A stretch of DNA of 54,850 nucleotides, the filler included, from Sphacelaria rigidula (Eukaryota), in the NCBI GenBank assembly GCA_964200075.2. It is 5 parts of 5 records of this genome, joined end to end, with 100 filler letters (N's around TTAATTAATTAA, not from the genome) between each part and the next. Parts side by side here need not be neighbours in the genome. Positions count along the whole stretch, not along the records: positions 10,992 to 21,882 come from CAXNAA020005726.1; positions 21,983 to 32,872 come from CAXNAA020005727.1; 3 more parts are not named here. One strand, 5' to 3'. The position numbers were made by a program, and so were the translations under genes. Below are positions 11,947 through 23,383 of the stretch, in pieces; positions within the stretch are counted from its first letter, which is position 1, and every line of letters begins with the position of its first letter. The notes under the pieces are model-generated. The model saw only the letters and a list, made by a program, of their open reading frames with translations, ran no database searches and was not told where the DNA came from.

Positions 11947-12116
11947 CACACCTTGGACAATATATGCTCAATAGTTGCGATATACAAGAAACGTACTGCA
12001 TATAGTATAGGCCTATTGCGACTATTGTCGGTTGGCAATAGTTGCAATAGGTCTATACTTTATGCAGTACACTTCTCGTCTGTTGCATCTATTGACCATA
12101 TTTTGTCCAGGGTGTG
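11947..12116. mobile_element. Hairpin MITE (CACACC(C/T)TGGACA family)
   Basis: Whole element is self-complementary around a 4-nt loop (12030-12033); flanks GAATATAT / AAGTATAT resemble a degenerate 8-bp TSD. Confidence 0.85.
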
Positions 12117-12323
12117 AAGTATATATATATATATGTATTAGGCCTTGATAACTGAGCGATACCAAGGTAGCAAACAAGCAAGGGTGTGATTAGGCAGGGT
12201 GAATACCCGGGTGTTCACTCTCCCCAATTTTGTGTTGCGATGTCCCGATCTCCAAACTCTACCCCAATATTGGTTGAAGTTAGGCACGAGGGCAAGACTC
12301 TACCCAACATCTGGCTATTTTAG

Positions 12324-12448
12324 AGAGTTTCGGGAAACAAAATTGGCCAGAAAAACTGAGGGATAATTACCGTTTGATTGAATTTCAGTAAGAAGACGTA
12401 AATTATCCCTGAGATTTTGGCTCAAAAGTTTGTTTTCCGAAACTCTCT
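12324..12448. repeat. Imperfect inverted repeat
   Basis: AGAGAGTTTCGGGAAACAAA...GGGATAATT vs AATTATCCCT...TTTGTTTTCCGAAACTCTCT. Confidence 0.7.
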
Positions 12449-12501
12449 ATTATTGTTGAGTACGATCTCAATACTCCACCCAAATTTTGGTGCTCAGGCC
12501 G

Positions 12502-12818
12502 GATGTTACGGCACACAGATTTTTGGCCCACGGATTGTTCACTTCTGGGACGTTTGACCCCCAAACAGGAAAAATCGCCAACACACGTCTTGGGCACTTT
12601 TTGCATCGCCCCACAGTGAGGAGCCTAGCCCACTTTTCAGATTTGCTTGGCTCCGAGGTTTCGAGATCGGGCAAGAACTCTGTGCAACAAAATCTACGGC
12701 GATGGAAAAAGTGCCCAAGACGTGTGTTGGCGATTTTTCCTGTTTGGGGGTCAAAAAGTGGCTCAAACGCCGTAAAAGTGAACAATCCGTGGGCCAAAAA
12801 TCTGTGTGCCATAACATC
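12502..12818. mobile_element. MITE with ~105-bp near-perfect TIRs
   Basis: GATGTTACGGCACACAGATTTTTGGCCCACGGATTGTTCAC...CTTGGGCACTTTTT mirrored at 12698-12818; no clear TSD. Confidence 0.85.
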
Positions 12819-13134
12819 TAGCCTCAGGGTACGATTTAAAAAAAATGCCCGGATGCAGGAAATACCCTACCCAACACACCCTTGTAACTATATACCGCCC
12901 GCTTCGTACCACACATTGCGGGGAGGATGCTACACGTGGTGTACCAAGGTGATCGATACCGCTAGAAATAGTCTGGTAGCGATTCCGAGGAAAAAGCGTT
13001 GGAATTTTCTCAGACCTGTCACGAGGACTGCATTCCTCAGTGCCAAAAGAAACACCGTTGTTCCCGCCAAAATATGCTTTCACTACCCCCCCCCCCCTTC
13101 CGAATGTGGAAATCATACATACGCGTACTACAAC

Positions 13135-13135
<1 letters not shown>

Positions 13136-13177
<42 letters not shown>
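13136..13177. repeat. (CAA)n microsatellite
   Basis: Direct reading. Confidence 0.95.
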
Positions 13178-14789
13178 GTGAGCACTACCATCAGCTTGAA
13201 CGAGGTAAGCCGATCTCTCAGTGAAAACCGGAGGGTAAGCAAGACTTGCAGGGCATCTCTGGCAATTCAGACCCGTACCGAGCGGTATCATGTGTGTCGA
13301 CAAAATATGTTTGACTATTTATCTACTACTGTTGTTGTATCAAGGTTTGTATAAACACCGTCGTAAAGACTCGACTGAACCCAAACGTGTGTGGTGGACT
13401 CTTGTTCCTCCGTGCGTCCTCGTCGACCACACACGTCAACAACCTCCCTTATGGGGACCACGTCTCCATCATCTCAATCCTCACGAGTAAAAATTGATGT
13501 ACCTTACTTCCTGCTCAACCCTCCCTGCTCAAGCCCATTATTATCGATGCTGTTTCAACTGAGATCCCCGAAATTTTCGGGACTATCAAGGTACCTGATG
13601 TCTCTCGAAGGATGCTTTGGGGGCGAGCGCCACGGCGTACACACAGGGAGGGTAGCTCTCCGAGGTGCTGCGTTGCAGTCCGAATTTCTCGGACTCGTCC
13701 CAAAATGAAACTTCGGAGGAAAAATCAAGCCACTTCGTTTTCGGAGAAGTCTGAACGCAGAGTCCGAAAAGTCTGATAAAATTTTACATCTCCGCAAAAA
13801 ATAGTGTAGAAAACAGCGGAACTCATGATACTGTCTGTGAAGAATCCAAATAGTTTTCCAACGTCAATCCCCCAAACAGGCATCGGAGAGAGGAGGACTG
13901 ACGGGGAAAACAGACTGACCCACGTGTTCTCCGACCATACTAACTACCCTACGCATTTGGCCTGCTCCAGCATCATCAATCCCAGTATTCGACTGTGACC
14001 ATCGATCCGTTACATTCGGCGTAAGACTTTCCTCTTTTACCCGGACAATTATTCATGACATGCATTGCCGGGGACAGATGGGTAAATCCTTTGAGACCAC
14101 GGACTCGTGCTAAGGAAGGGGACGGATTGAAAGCGTGACAATCCCTCCTCCCCCGGGAAACCTGCTACGCCCCGATCCCGCTACGACGTCCCGCTTGCTT
14201 CGGCCCGTAAATCGAAGATCCCGCTACGGCCCCAATCCCGTAACACTTGTACTTGCTCGTTAGAGATAAAATAGGACATGAAGCTGTCGTTGGGCAGACA
14301 AACTCCGCAACGGTTTTTTTTCTTTGCCCCCCGTGTTTATTTCGCCCCGTCAAGACACAGCCTCAGAGAGCTGTGAGGGTGACTCGTAGGGGTCCGCTGC
14401 AGCAGCATAACCTCAGGAAGGGGACCACGAGCATGAGCAACCGCACCCCCATAAGTAGCTATTTCTGTTGGTTCCTGTATGCAAGGCGTGCATGTGCTGG
14501 TTGATGAAATTGCGCGCCTCAGGAAACAGTAGCAAATAGAACTTGCCGTGATCTTGATCATGTTTTTTTTCCCAAAGCTTTTTTGTTGTGGGCAACGTTT
14601 TTACGTGTAATTTCCCCTTTCGTTGCCTGAAAAATCACGGGACGAGACGGAAAAAAATGGGGATAGAAGTTGTTTCGGGACGGGAAATACGAGCACCGTC
14701 CCCTGAAACTCCATCATGTCGTCCTCACGGGAAAAGTGTGTCATCAACACCTCGAAGAAAAATTCGCCGAGAAGAGCAGCAGAATATTG

Positions 14790-14893
14790 CACAACTTGGA
14801 CAATATACTGTCAATAGTTGCAATAAGCGAGAAATGTACCGCGTAAAAGTATAGGCCTATTGCAAATATTGACCTTATGTTGTCCAAGGTATA
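14790..14893. mobile_element. Internally deleted copy of the same MITE with a perfect 8-bp TSD
   Basis: CACAACTTGGACAA...TTGTCCAAGGTATA flanked by GAATATTG (14782-14789 and 14894-14901). Confidence 0.8.
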
Positions 14894-15948
14894 GAATATT
14901 GCAAATATATTTCGTGGCATCAATTCTTTGGGTATGGCTGACCGACCAAGAGGTGTTAGTTTTGACGATGTGCAATAGGCGTAAACGGTGATGGATAAGG
15001 CTGCGCCCGATAACGGCTCAACCGAACGATAACAAGAGTCGCCAGCAACTCAATAAAAGTGATGAAGGGAGCAACACCTCACCATCAACTCAGATCGAGG
15101 CACCTACCCCAAATGAATGCCGCGAGGGGGTCTAGCCCAGCCTCCAGGTGACCGGCACACGAATCCGCTTGCGGAGTAAGTGTTGAGCAACGTTTCCTAC
15201 ATCCTTCAAGGAAAGAAGAAGAAAAAACTCAGATAACTCTTGTTGCGCTTCTTGGTCACACTAAACGCCTCCGAATTCGAGTGGATCCTTCATGTACGAT
15301 AGTAGTGACCATCCGTGTATAGCCAACCCTGTCCTGTGCTGCTCCTGTACTTGGCATGAAGGGGCGTGGCAAACTGCGAAAAAATCTGGAAACGGAGTGC
15401 GATTCTTCGTGTACGTACAGTGTATGAAAGTGTCTCACACGTTGCCCAAAGTCTATCATCCCGTTCACAGTGTGTCCCGTTTACGGGATGCCCGGTGAAG
15501 TTTTGGATACAATAGATACAGGTAGACGTCCCGTGAAAACGAAACGGGACGAACGTTTTCCTTGTCGCCAGGAAAAACGACGAGATGGAACGGGCACTAA
15601 CCCCCCGCCCTCCCCCGTTACCTAAATAATGACGGAATCACCCCGTCCATCCCGACGAGTATCCCGTGAGATTCCCGTTCCGTAAAAAGTCGTTTTCTAA
15701 GTACAGTACGATACAGAATACAAGTATATTGTGATAACTGCGCATACCTACCTGCTACATTATGGGACATACATGCTGGGCCCGATTTAATTTCATGATT
15801 CTCTTTTACCCTAGCTTAGGGTAGTTAGATTGTGACCACGGAAGGTGTCCGCATCAGATGCCTAGTACAGAGTACTGCGCAGATATCGAAACGATTTTTA
15901 ATGCGAAGACGACAACAACATATCCGACAGCGAACCGAATGGCGTGGA

Positions 15949-16149
15949 TCACGGGGTATAGCACCCCTACCAGTGGTTATACAAATGTGCGGGGGCAAAT
16001 AGGGCCTACAGCCGTATCATTGGAGCAGCCTGCCCGAAATAGTCAGTTTTCGAAAATAGCAACCTATCGGTCGTACTAACGGTTGTTTCTCCAGGTAATC
16101 GAGGTGAACACAACAATCACGTCTCCGCAGGGGGTGCTATACTCCGTGA
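15949..16149. mobile_element. Small MITE-like element with ~20-bp TIRs
   Basis: TCACGGGGTATAGCACCCCT ... GGGGGTGCTATACTCCGTGA. Confidence 0.55.
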
Positions 16150-16514
16150 CACACAGCACTGTTCGCACCCTACCTTCCCTTCGCAGTTTGTTCCTGGAAT
16201 CAACCCGCTTACATGACTGTAATACCTTCGAGCAATATCCCAACACCGAGTTTACAACCCTGCAACACCCAGTCGGTATACTATTCGCTTACCCAGCTCG
16301 CATATTTCAAGTAGAGCAGGAGCAGTACACGGCAATATGTTGGCCAATTTTTGGACGGGTGAAAATGACACGTGAAGCCAACCTACTACTGTTGTAAGCC
16401 GCAGAGAGGACACTGTTGAAATGAAATGCCGATGCGCTAGAATGTGACGTTCTTCGAAGCTTTCGCACTGCGGCATACACCATGAGAAACTTTGAACATG
16501 ATTCCATCACACAC

Positions 16515-16784
16515 CTTCAAAGACTCGAGGTCTCTCATTCCTTCACGTCCTGTTCGCGCCACAGCAATGTCCCTCTCCTGAGGCTGTGTACTCATTCTCC
16601 TGACAACATGTCTAGCAGGTGGAATGCAACATGTAGGCCGACTAAAACATCGCTGATGCTGCAGCGATGAGGCACCTCTGTGGACTACGAATGATTGCAC
16701 AGGGTGCAGGAAGGCAGACAAACATGCAATACAAGCCAAGAGCATAGGGAAGGCCAGTGACCTCGGCATCTGATCATCAGCCAT
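16515..16784 (-). CDS. First exon of a gene for a probable plastid-targeted protein (bipartite presequence)
   Basis: ATG 16784; hydrophobic signal LAFPMLLACIACLSAFLHPVQS|FVV with Phe at +1 (ASAFAP-type), then an Arg/Ser-rich transit-like stretch; donor AAG|gtgtgt in phase 0. Possible exon 2 at 15196-15108 (ETLLNTYSASGFVCRSPGGW...). Confidence 0.75.
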
Positions 16785-17519
16785 GGGGAGTTGGATAGTC
16801 TACTGTATCTATCCTGCAGTCAGCACAGCAATGTTACAACAGTACAGTATCCTACTCAACATGATGTGGTATAGCACCCTCTCCGACTGCTTGCCCTCAC
16901 CAAATGTGAGAATAATCGTTTGCCAAAGGTGATATTCTCGAAATAAACAACTCCGATTTGAAGTATTCGTGGTTTTACATTGAAAAAAAGTGCATCTTGA
17001 GTGGTCAGCTCTTTTCTCCTTGTTTCTGTTTGACAGAACCGAGGTCGACGACAGGGCAAAACTTCCACCAGGGTGTTATACCCCGTCACGAGGTAAAAAA
17101 ATTCCGCTACAAGGAGGGATCTTTCGTCAACCGGGGACAAAATACGCTTACATAGATGTTTAATGTCGCACGCCCCCTTGTAAATCACGAAAGGGATCGT
17201 TGGGAATTTACGGTAAGCTTTACCATTGTCTCTTATAGCTGCACACCTGAAGCGACCTCACCACCAGGTCAGGGCGGCGACAGGTGAACGGCGGCGTTGG
17301 CGTAGGCACAGGGTTCGCGCGTGTTTGTGTTCCCCGATGTCTGAGCTGAGATCGAAGTACCCTCAGGCTGAAGCTTGGACGTTTTTTCTCCCGGATACAG
17401 CAACCGCCCCTGCCCGAGGCAAGGAGGCCAAGAGGACCGTTGCGGGCAGTCGCAAGGGCGAAGGTAACACCGCTACAGCGAAGGCAAAACAAAAGCGGGT
17501 GACTGGTGACGAAGGATCA

Positions 17520-18125
17520 ATGGGAGCATGCTGTTCGGCAAATACGGACGTGTCGGTAACCACAGGAGTGCCCTCAGTGGCGCTGACGACGGCACGAGGG
17601 GGCGCGAGCAAGTCGACAACATCCATGACCAACAACAACAAGGAAAATGCAGGACGCCAACAGGCAGTGCTCTCTCACCCAGAAGCCGTCGCTGTATTGT
17701 CTGCGACAACAGCAGCATCACCACTACTGCCGGGCAAATCCACAAACAAACAGGCTCATGCAGCAGCTAGTGCCATTTCGGAGGGGGAAAGTGCTCCTTT
17801 GACCCCTTCAGGGGGTGGCGGCTCAGACTCATCAGTCTCCACAGCAAAGACACGGGAGCAGATTCGCATCGACAAGAACGGAAAGACGGTTGACCATTTG
17901 CACCTGAAGCCAAACGGCCAACAGCATGTTGATGACGGTGCGGGGGTGCTCGATGCAACAAGCTTGATTTCGCCGGAGCCCAGTTTGCCTAGTAGCATCA
18001 GCCGGGCGGAGGGAAGCGCATTTGAGGAGATCTTGGAGGAAGGAGAAGGGGATGCGGCGTGGCTGGCGCGGGGTATGAGCGTTCTCAGAGGTGGATCAGC
18101 GGTTGATGTGTCCAAGCTTGCACAG
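17520..18125 (+). CDS. First exon of a gene for a probable N-myristoylated/S-acylated protein with a disordered N-terminus
   Basis: Starts MGACCS (MGxxxS plus Cys-Cys); 202 codons open; donor CAG|gtttgt in phase 0; downstream exons not confidently placed. Confidence 0.8.
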
Positions 18126-20990
18126 GTTTGTGATCACTACAAAAGTAGTAGGTCTTGAATGTACACTGATATCCAGCATTGGGCAAAATTATGTCTAGGA
18201 TTTCGAAGACATGGGTCATCCACTGTACTGTGATTAATAAAAACAGTAAGGACTCTGCGTGGGATGCACCAGAGCCGAAGCTATGAACACCCCCAAAAGA
18301 TTGATGGGTGCATCGTAGTCAACCGAGAGGCAAGTGTGCTGTCAACACTGTGGGTCTTGACGCAATCGCGCGTTTTCATGGCATTGAGATTCCGTCTCCT
18401 GTACACAGAAGATAATGCGTCTGTGCGATGCACGTAGTTTCGTATTGCAATAGTCCAGGTCTGCGTCTAGATGGCAGGGGATGATGGTGCATGCGAACTA
18501 CAGCCAGCCGAACTCCCCCTGTTATGTATTCACGAAGTCAGGTGTGGCCCTTGCCGAAGTTTTACCGTGCCTTCGCACTGAGCAACTGCCTTGGGTGTTG
18601 AACCTGTAGTTCCACCGCCACAGGTTACAGTGCGGCTTACTGTTGTCTAAAGCGTTTTACGCGAAGAATACTTGTACGGCACCTCATTGTCTGTACACAC
18701 ATCACCTATGCTGTTGAGCTCAGCGCGGTGTGTGTCTACTGTTGTCTACACGGCTGACGTTGCTCGTCTCTCTACAAGCACGTAAACAGTTTCAATGATG
18801 TACGTCGGTCCTACAGATGGATGTAGAATCGAGTGTGTAGTACGGTATTCGGGACAGTACCGTGAGTTTTGGTCCCATAGTATAGTACACGTAAGCCCAT
18901 GCGTAGTATACTTGCGCCCTTCGTTCTTGGTATCTTATCTTTACGTTTGGTCTTGAGTACGTACGACCACGAACTCTCGTACCATCTGTAGTATCTCCCA
19001 TCTTTTGTCCACTCGGACTGCATTTCGGTCTTTCATATGATGTAGCAAGACAACAGTCCAAGCAGCGGCCCGCGTTTTACTCTCTGTGAATTTTTCTCAC
19101 CCCTTTTTATCGCCTCCAGCACACGCGTTATGTCCATTTCGCCACAACGGTAGCAAGTTGCACTAAGCTGTTGTTACGTCGTACCAGGTACATCACTGGC
19201 GGTACAGTACAGACAGTACACAGACAGTAGGCAGTAACGGAGAAAGTTTCATGTTGCAGTACACACGGTGTAAATTGATGAAAACGGTCCGTAATTTTTG
19301 CTGGCATATCCTTTTCGCGCCCAACCCCTCAGCTCTCAGCTGGGACGTTATCCGCCCACCTCCTTTCACACACGTCGGGCAACTCAAGTCGCAAGCTGTA
19401 AGACACGAGTTGTTGGCACTTTCGGTTTCGACCCCTTGACGTCCAGGATGGGTCATCTGTTTAATCGGCATCATTTTTTCCACTCGAAAAATTCGCGAGA
19501 ATGACGTTCACGAGTTCTTGAGATCGAGTACCCCATACAGCAGGTGGACACTTGACCCTTTGACCGCGAGGGTGGCTCTTCTGGATCCTGGTTGTCATTA
19601 TATCCAAGTTAAAATGATGCCGATTCAAGAATATGATATGATGGCGAAAGAGACAAGTCTCGGCCGGACTCACTTCTCTTCCGTGCTGACTGGTGGAATT
19701 TTGTCCCTGTTCGGAACAATTCTGTTCATGGTTGATACTACTAATGCTCGATCTATGTGTCACCGCCAGAGATTTGGATCTTCAGTGGGGTTGACGGTCC
19801 CGAGTGCTCCCAACACGCGCAGAACATGTTTTGTTGGTAACATCTGTTCCCTACTGATGTGGACAAACATGAGTTTGTACCTGCTGGACTGAAGGCGGAA
19901 ATATCCGTGCCTTGGAGTGCTCGATCTCGATATCAGCGGCCCTTTTTTGTTCCAGAGTTTCCATACTTTTTTCGCGGGGGGGGGAAAACTTTCCCCTCGA
20001 AAAATACAACAGCAGATTCCTTAACAAGGTCAAGGAATATGCAACACAATCCTTCCAGTTGTGAACTAACCTCGAACAATCTGTAAGACTGGCTAGATGT
20101 TACTTGGAAAATCTACAGTAGCATTGGATTCTTTTTCGTATTTATTCTTTTTGTGAGAAAGTTGGAAATTTGGAATAATCCGAAAAAATCCACGAAGTCT
20201 GAAAACGACCTCCTTATTTTGTTATTCTTGTAGTATCTCCGGTTTTTGTTTTGTGCATGTTTGTGTCATAACCGTGGTGGTGGAAACTGGAAACGTGAAG
20301 AACCCCGCGCGTCGTACAGTCAGTAGTTGACTGTACTGACTGTTTGCGCAGCAGGATGACACTAATTTGTCAGTTTTTATTTCTCGTATTTCGCTGCGTA
20401 TCCTGTTGGAATACTCTCGGTCCCGGACCCCCACGTGCCGAGACCAACACCCACGAACCACGAACATAAATTTCAAATCTGTTTCAAATATACAGACAGT
20501 ATCGTCACCATCTACTATATCTGCGTGGTATCGCACCTTCAAACAGAGGTACCCCCCTCCTGCCCCCCCGTCGCTGCCCACGGTTGGCTTTTCCTAAATT
20601 GCGGGGGAGGGGGGGATGGGGGGGGGGGTAGCTCCCGGTCTGCTGATGGTAGGCCCCGAGTGGTCTTTTACCGGTCAGTAGGAGCACATTCCCCAAATTG
20701 CGAGCAGTCCTTCACCATACTACCCCTCGATACCCGTACTCACCACCAGCCCACATAGCACGTCTCTGCTCTTATAATTTTCCCTGTAAGTAACCACGAG
20801 GCCATGTTATTCCACAAAACGTGTGGCTTCCCCGGGACACTGACGCACGTGCGATGCCGGGGGTGAATATGATGGGACGTTCGTGACATGATACTTTTCA
20901 TTTTGGGGATGGCGCGAAGGATCCATCTGTGCCCACTCTACCAGATACTTGGTGAAACGTCCATGAATTCAAGATTGCCTTGAGTTTACC

Positions 20991-21392
20991 GTGGTGTGGA
21001 CCCATTTGGTTGAAATCTAAACGATCATCGACGTCTCCGACTCCCTTTAGTGAGCAGATGCGCGGAGGATAAGGTGCCTCTTCGTGTTCACAGCGCCCGC
21101 CACCTCTGACGAAGAGCGACAATTGTTGCACGTTTGCATCGTAGCAGTGGACAACACCAGCTAAAATGTGTGCATCTTTCACAGCGACCTCCGGTGTGGC
21201 TGGTGTTGCCTGGGGATCGACTAGCTGGTGTTGTCGATTGCAATAGTACTCACGTGCAACATCAGAGGTGGCACTGTCTGTGAAAAGGAAGAAGGGCGTC
21301 GTCTTCCGCGCATCGACTCGCAAAAGAGAGTCGGAGACGTTGATGATCGTTTAGACTGCACCTGTGGCTTCAACCAAATGGGGCCACATCAC
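20991..21392. mobile_element. Diverged foldback element with ~140-bp arms
   Basis: CCCATTTGGTTGAA..TCTAAACGATCATCGACGTCTCCGACTC mirrored by GAGTCGGAGACGTTGATGATCGTTTAGA...TTCAACCAAATGGG. Confidence 0.75.
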
Positions 21393-21882
21393 TTCAACAC
21401 CTTCAATAGCACCCCCTCCCAAACAAAACAAGCAAGCACCTGTCCCGGGGGACTGTCAGCCGGTGATATTTTCCTGACACCTTGGCGTTTCCAGTTCTTT
21501 CTCTCTTATTTTTTTCTCTATTCCTTGGTTTTTGGTGTCTCCCCTTTTCCTAGAGTTTCCTTTATTAGTAGCAAGTGTTTTCCTAATTTTCTCTGTGGAT
21601 ATATGTCTGTTTCGTGTTCGCGGCTGAATTCGTTGTGCCCGAGTTAATGTGTGCCACCACCCTTGATCAATTTAGTGGACTTTGCGCCACAGCGTTTTAG
21701 GTTGGGCTGTGGTGTCTTTATCGAGGTAAAAAACTCTGTTTGCTCATAATATGTTTACTCGAATCATGAGTACTTTTTTTTATTCCCTGTGATTGGTTGG
21801 TGCAATACGACCCCCTCCCCCCCCCCCCCCTCGCCACACACCCCCAGACCAGAGTAGAAACAAAAAGAGCAGCTCCAAACGA

Positions 21883-21982
21883 NNNNNNNNNNNNNNNNNN
21901 NNNNNNNNNNNNNNNNNNNNNNNNNNTTAATTAATTAANNNNNNNNNNNNNNNNNNNNNNNNNNNNNNNNNNNNNNNNNNNN
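21883..21982. other. Artificial contig spacer
   Basis: Same N44-TTAATTAATTAA-N44 block. Confidence 0.99.
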
Positions 21983-22075
21983 GAGAGGGGACGAATGGCC
22001 CAATCAATAAGAGAAGGAAAAAATACGAAATCCCCCCCCCCCCCCCCACACACACACACACCAGCCCCCAAGCAG

Positions 22076-22457
22076 TCACGAAAAAATCGTCAAATGAGAC
22101 ATGATGACAAGCGTTGATGGCGTTTCGTGGAACGTGGAACGTAGTAATGTGAAACGTTTCATGTAACGTGAAACGTCTAACGCACGTGTTACGTGTAATA
22201 TACGTTACACGTTCCATGACACGTTTCATATTACCTCGTCCTGTACGAGTACGTTTTTTGTACGTTTGGACAATTTAACGTTGACGTTACGTTTCGTTTG
22301 GCACGTTAAAAAAATCAACGTTACGTTAACGTTACGTTTACGTTTCGTTTAGCGCGTACGTCAAAGAATATCCTCATGTTCACGTTACTTTTCGGCCAAA
22401 ACTAACGTGAACGTAATCTATAACGTTGTGGCACGTGTAACGTGGAGATGACCCCTG
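22076..22457. repeat. ACGT-saturated element ending in a hAT-like terminus
   Basis: About 28 ACGT by eye in 22130-22443; right end GATGACCCCTG (CAGGGGTC on the minus strand). Confidence 0.7.
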
Positions 22458-22950
22458 AAAAATTCAAGAATAGCATCACCTGTAGGTATCAAATTGATGT
22501 ACTTCCTTCTTGCGCATCTTTATATCTATGTTATCGTGTGGCCTTTACCTCCTTTTTACGTGACACCAGCTACCTTGGGCCGATGGTGCTGGTGGAGTAG
22601 AAAATTTTGGAGGGATTGTCACCCCCTAAGAATAATTTAAACCTCGGGACGCTATCCAAACGCAATGTGCGGGAGAATGACACATGAAGGAGAGAACGTA
22701 CAGCGTGATGTGGGGTTTGCAGATTGAGAATGGAGTGTACAGTAGTGCGCGTCGCACGAAGATACATGGCCTCTTTGACCTCAAGCATCGTTTCGGAACA
22801 GCATCGCCGCGGCTGACAGGCCAGGGGTTCCCATGTTCTTGAAGGAGGGCATGTGAGTTCCCCAACCATCAGAGAACGCTTTCCAGATCAAGCATAAGTA
22901 TTTCCAGGAAATTCCTTGGTTGAGCAACAGGCTTACTGAAGGAGAGCGTA

Positions 22951-23368
22951 CAGTGGATTCTCGAAAATGGGGTTGAAAAAAAAATGATCTTCAACTCAAA
23001 AATCTGTGCTTGCCCTGATCTCAATTCATGACAAATGGCTTTCATATGGACCACCCCATCCCTCCCGACCTCCTTAAAACTATTTCGGGGGATTTATAGC
23101 CTTCCATCCCCTCAAAGGGTATGTGCGAAAGCACATTTTTGCCTCGATTTGGGGGTGAAAAAAAGGACGTTTTTTTGTCCCCAAAATCGGGCTTTCGCAC
23201 ATACCCTCTGCGGGAACGGCTAGAAATCTCTCGAAGTAGTTTTATGAAGGTCGGGAGGGATGGGTTGGTCCATATGAAAGCCATTTGTCATGAATTTAGG
23301 TCAGGGAGAGCACGGCTTTTGAGTCGAACCTCATTTGTTTTTTCAACCCCATTTTCGAGAATCCACTG
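22951..23368. mobile_element. Tc1/mariner/pogo-type MITE with ~170-bp TIRs
   Basis: TA|CAGTGGATTCTCGAAAATGGGGTTGAAAA...TTTTCAACCCCATTTTCGAGAATCCACTG|TT; relatives at 33080-33125 and 43690-43861. Confidence 0.88.
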
Positions 23369-23383
23369 TTCAGTGCCCATTGG

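Noticed and set aside
12403..13354. ORFs of 245, 159, 114 and 104 aa
   Set aside because: They run through a MITE inverted repeat and a (CAA)n tract; mirrored peptides on both strands show they are artefacts
22626..22950. Frame with one in-frame TGA (…LDLESVL*WLGNSH…) as selenoprotein or readthrough
   Set aside because: No redox motif, no recognisable SECIS and no homology I can recognise; probably 3' UTR or chance
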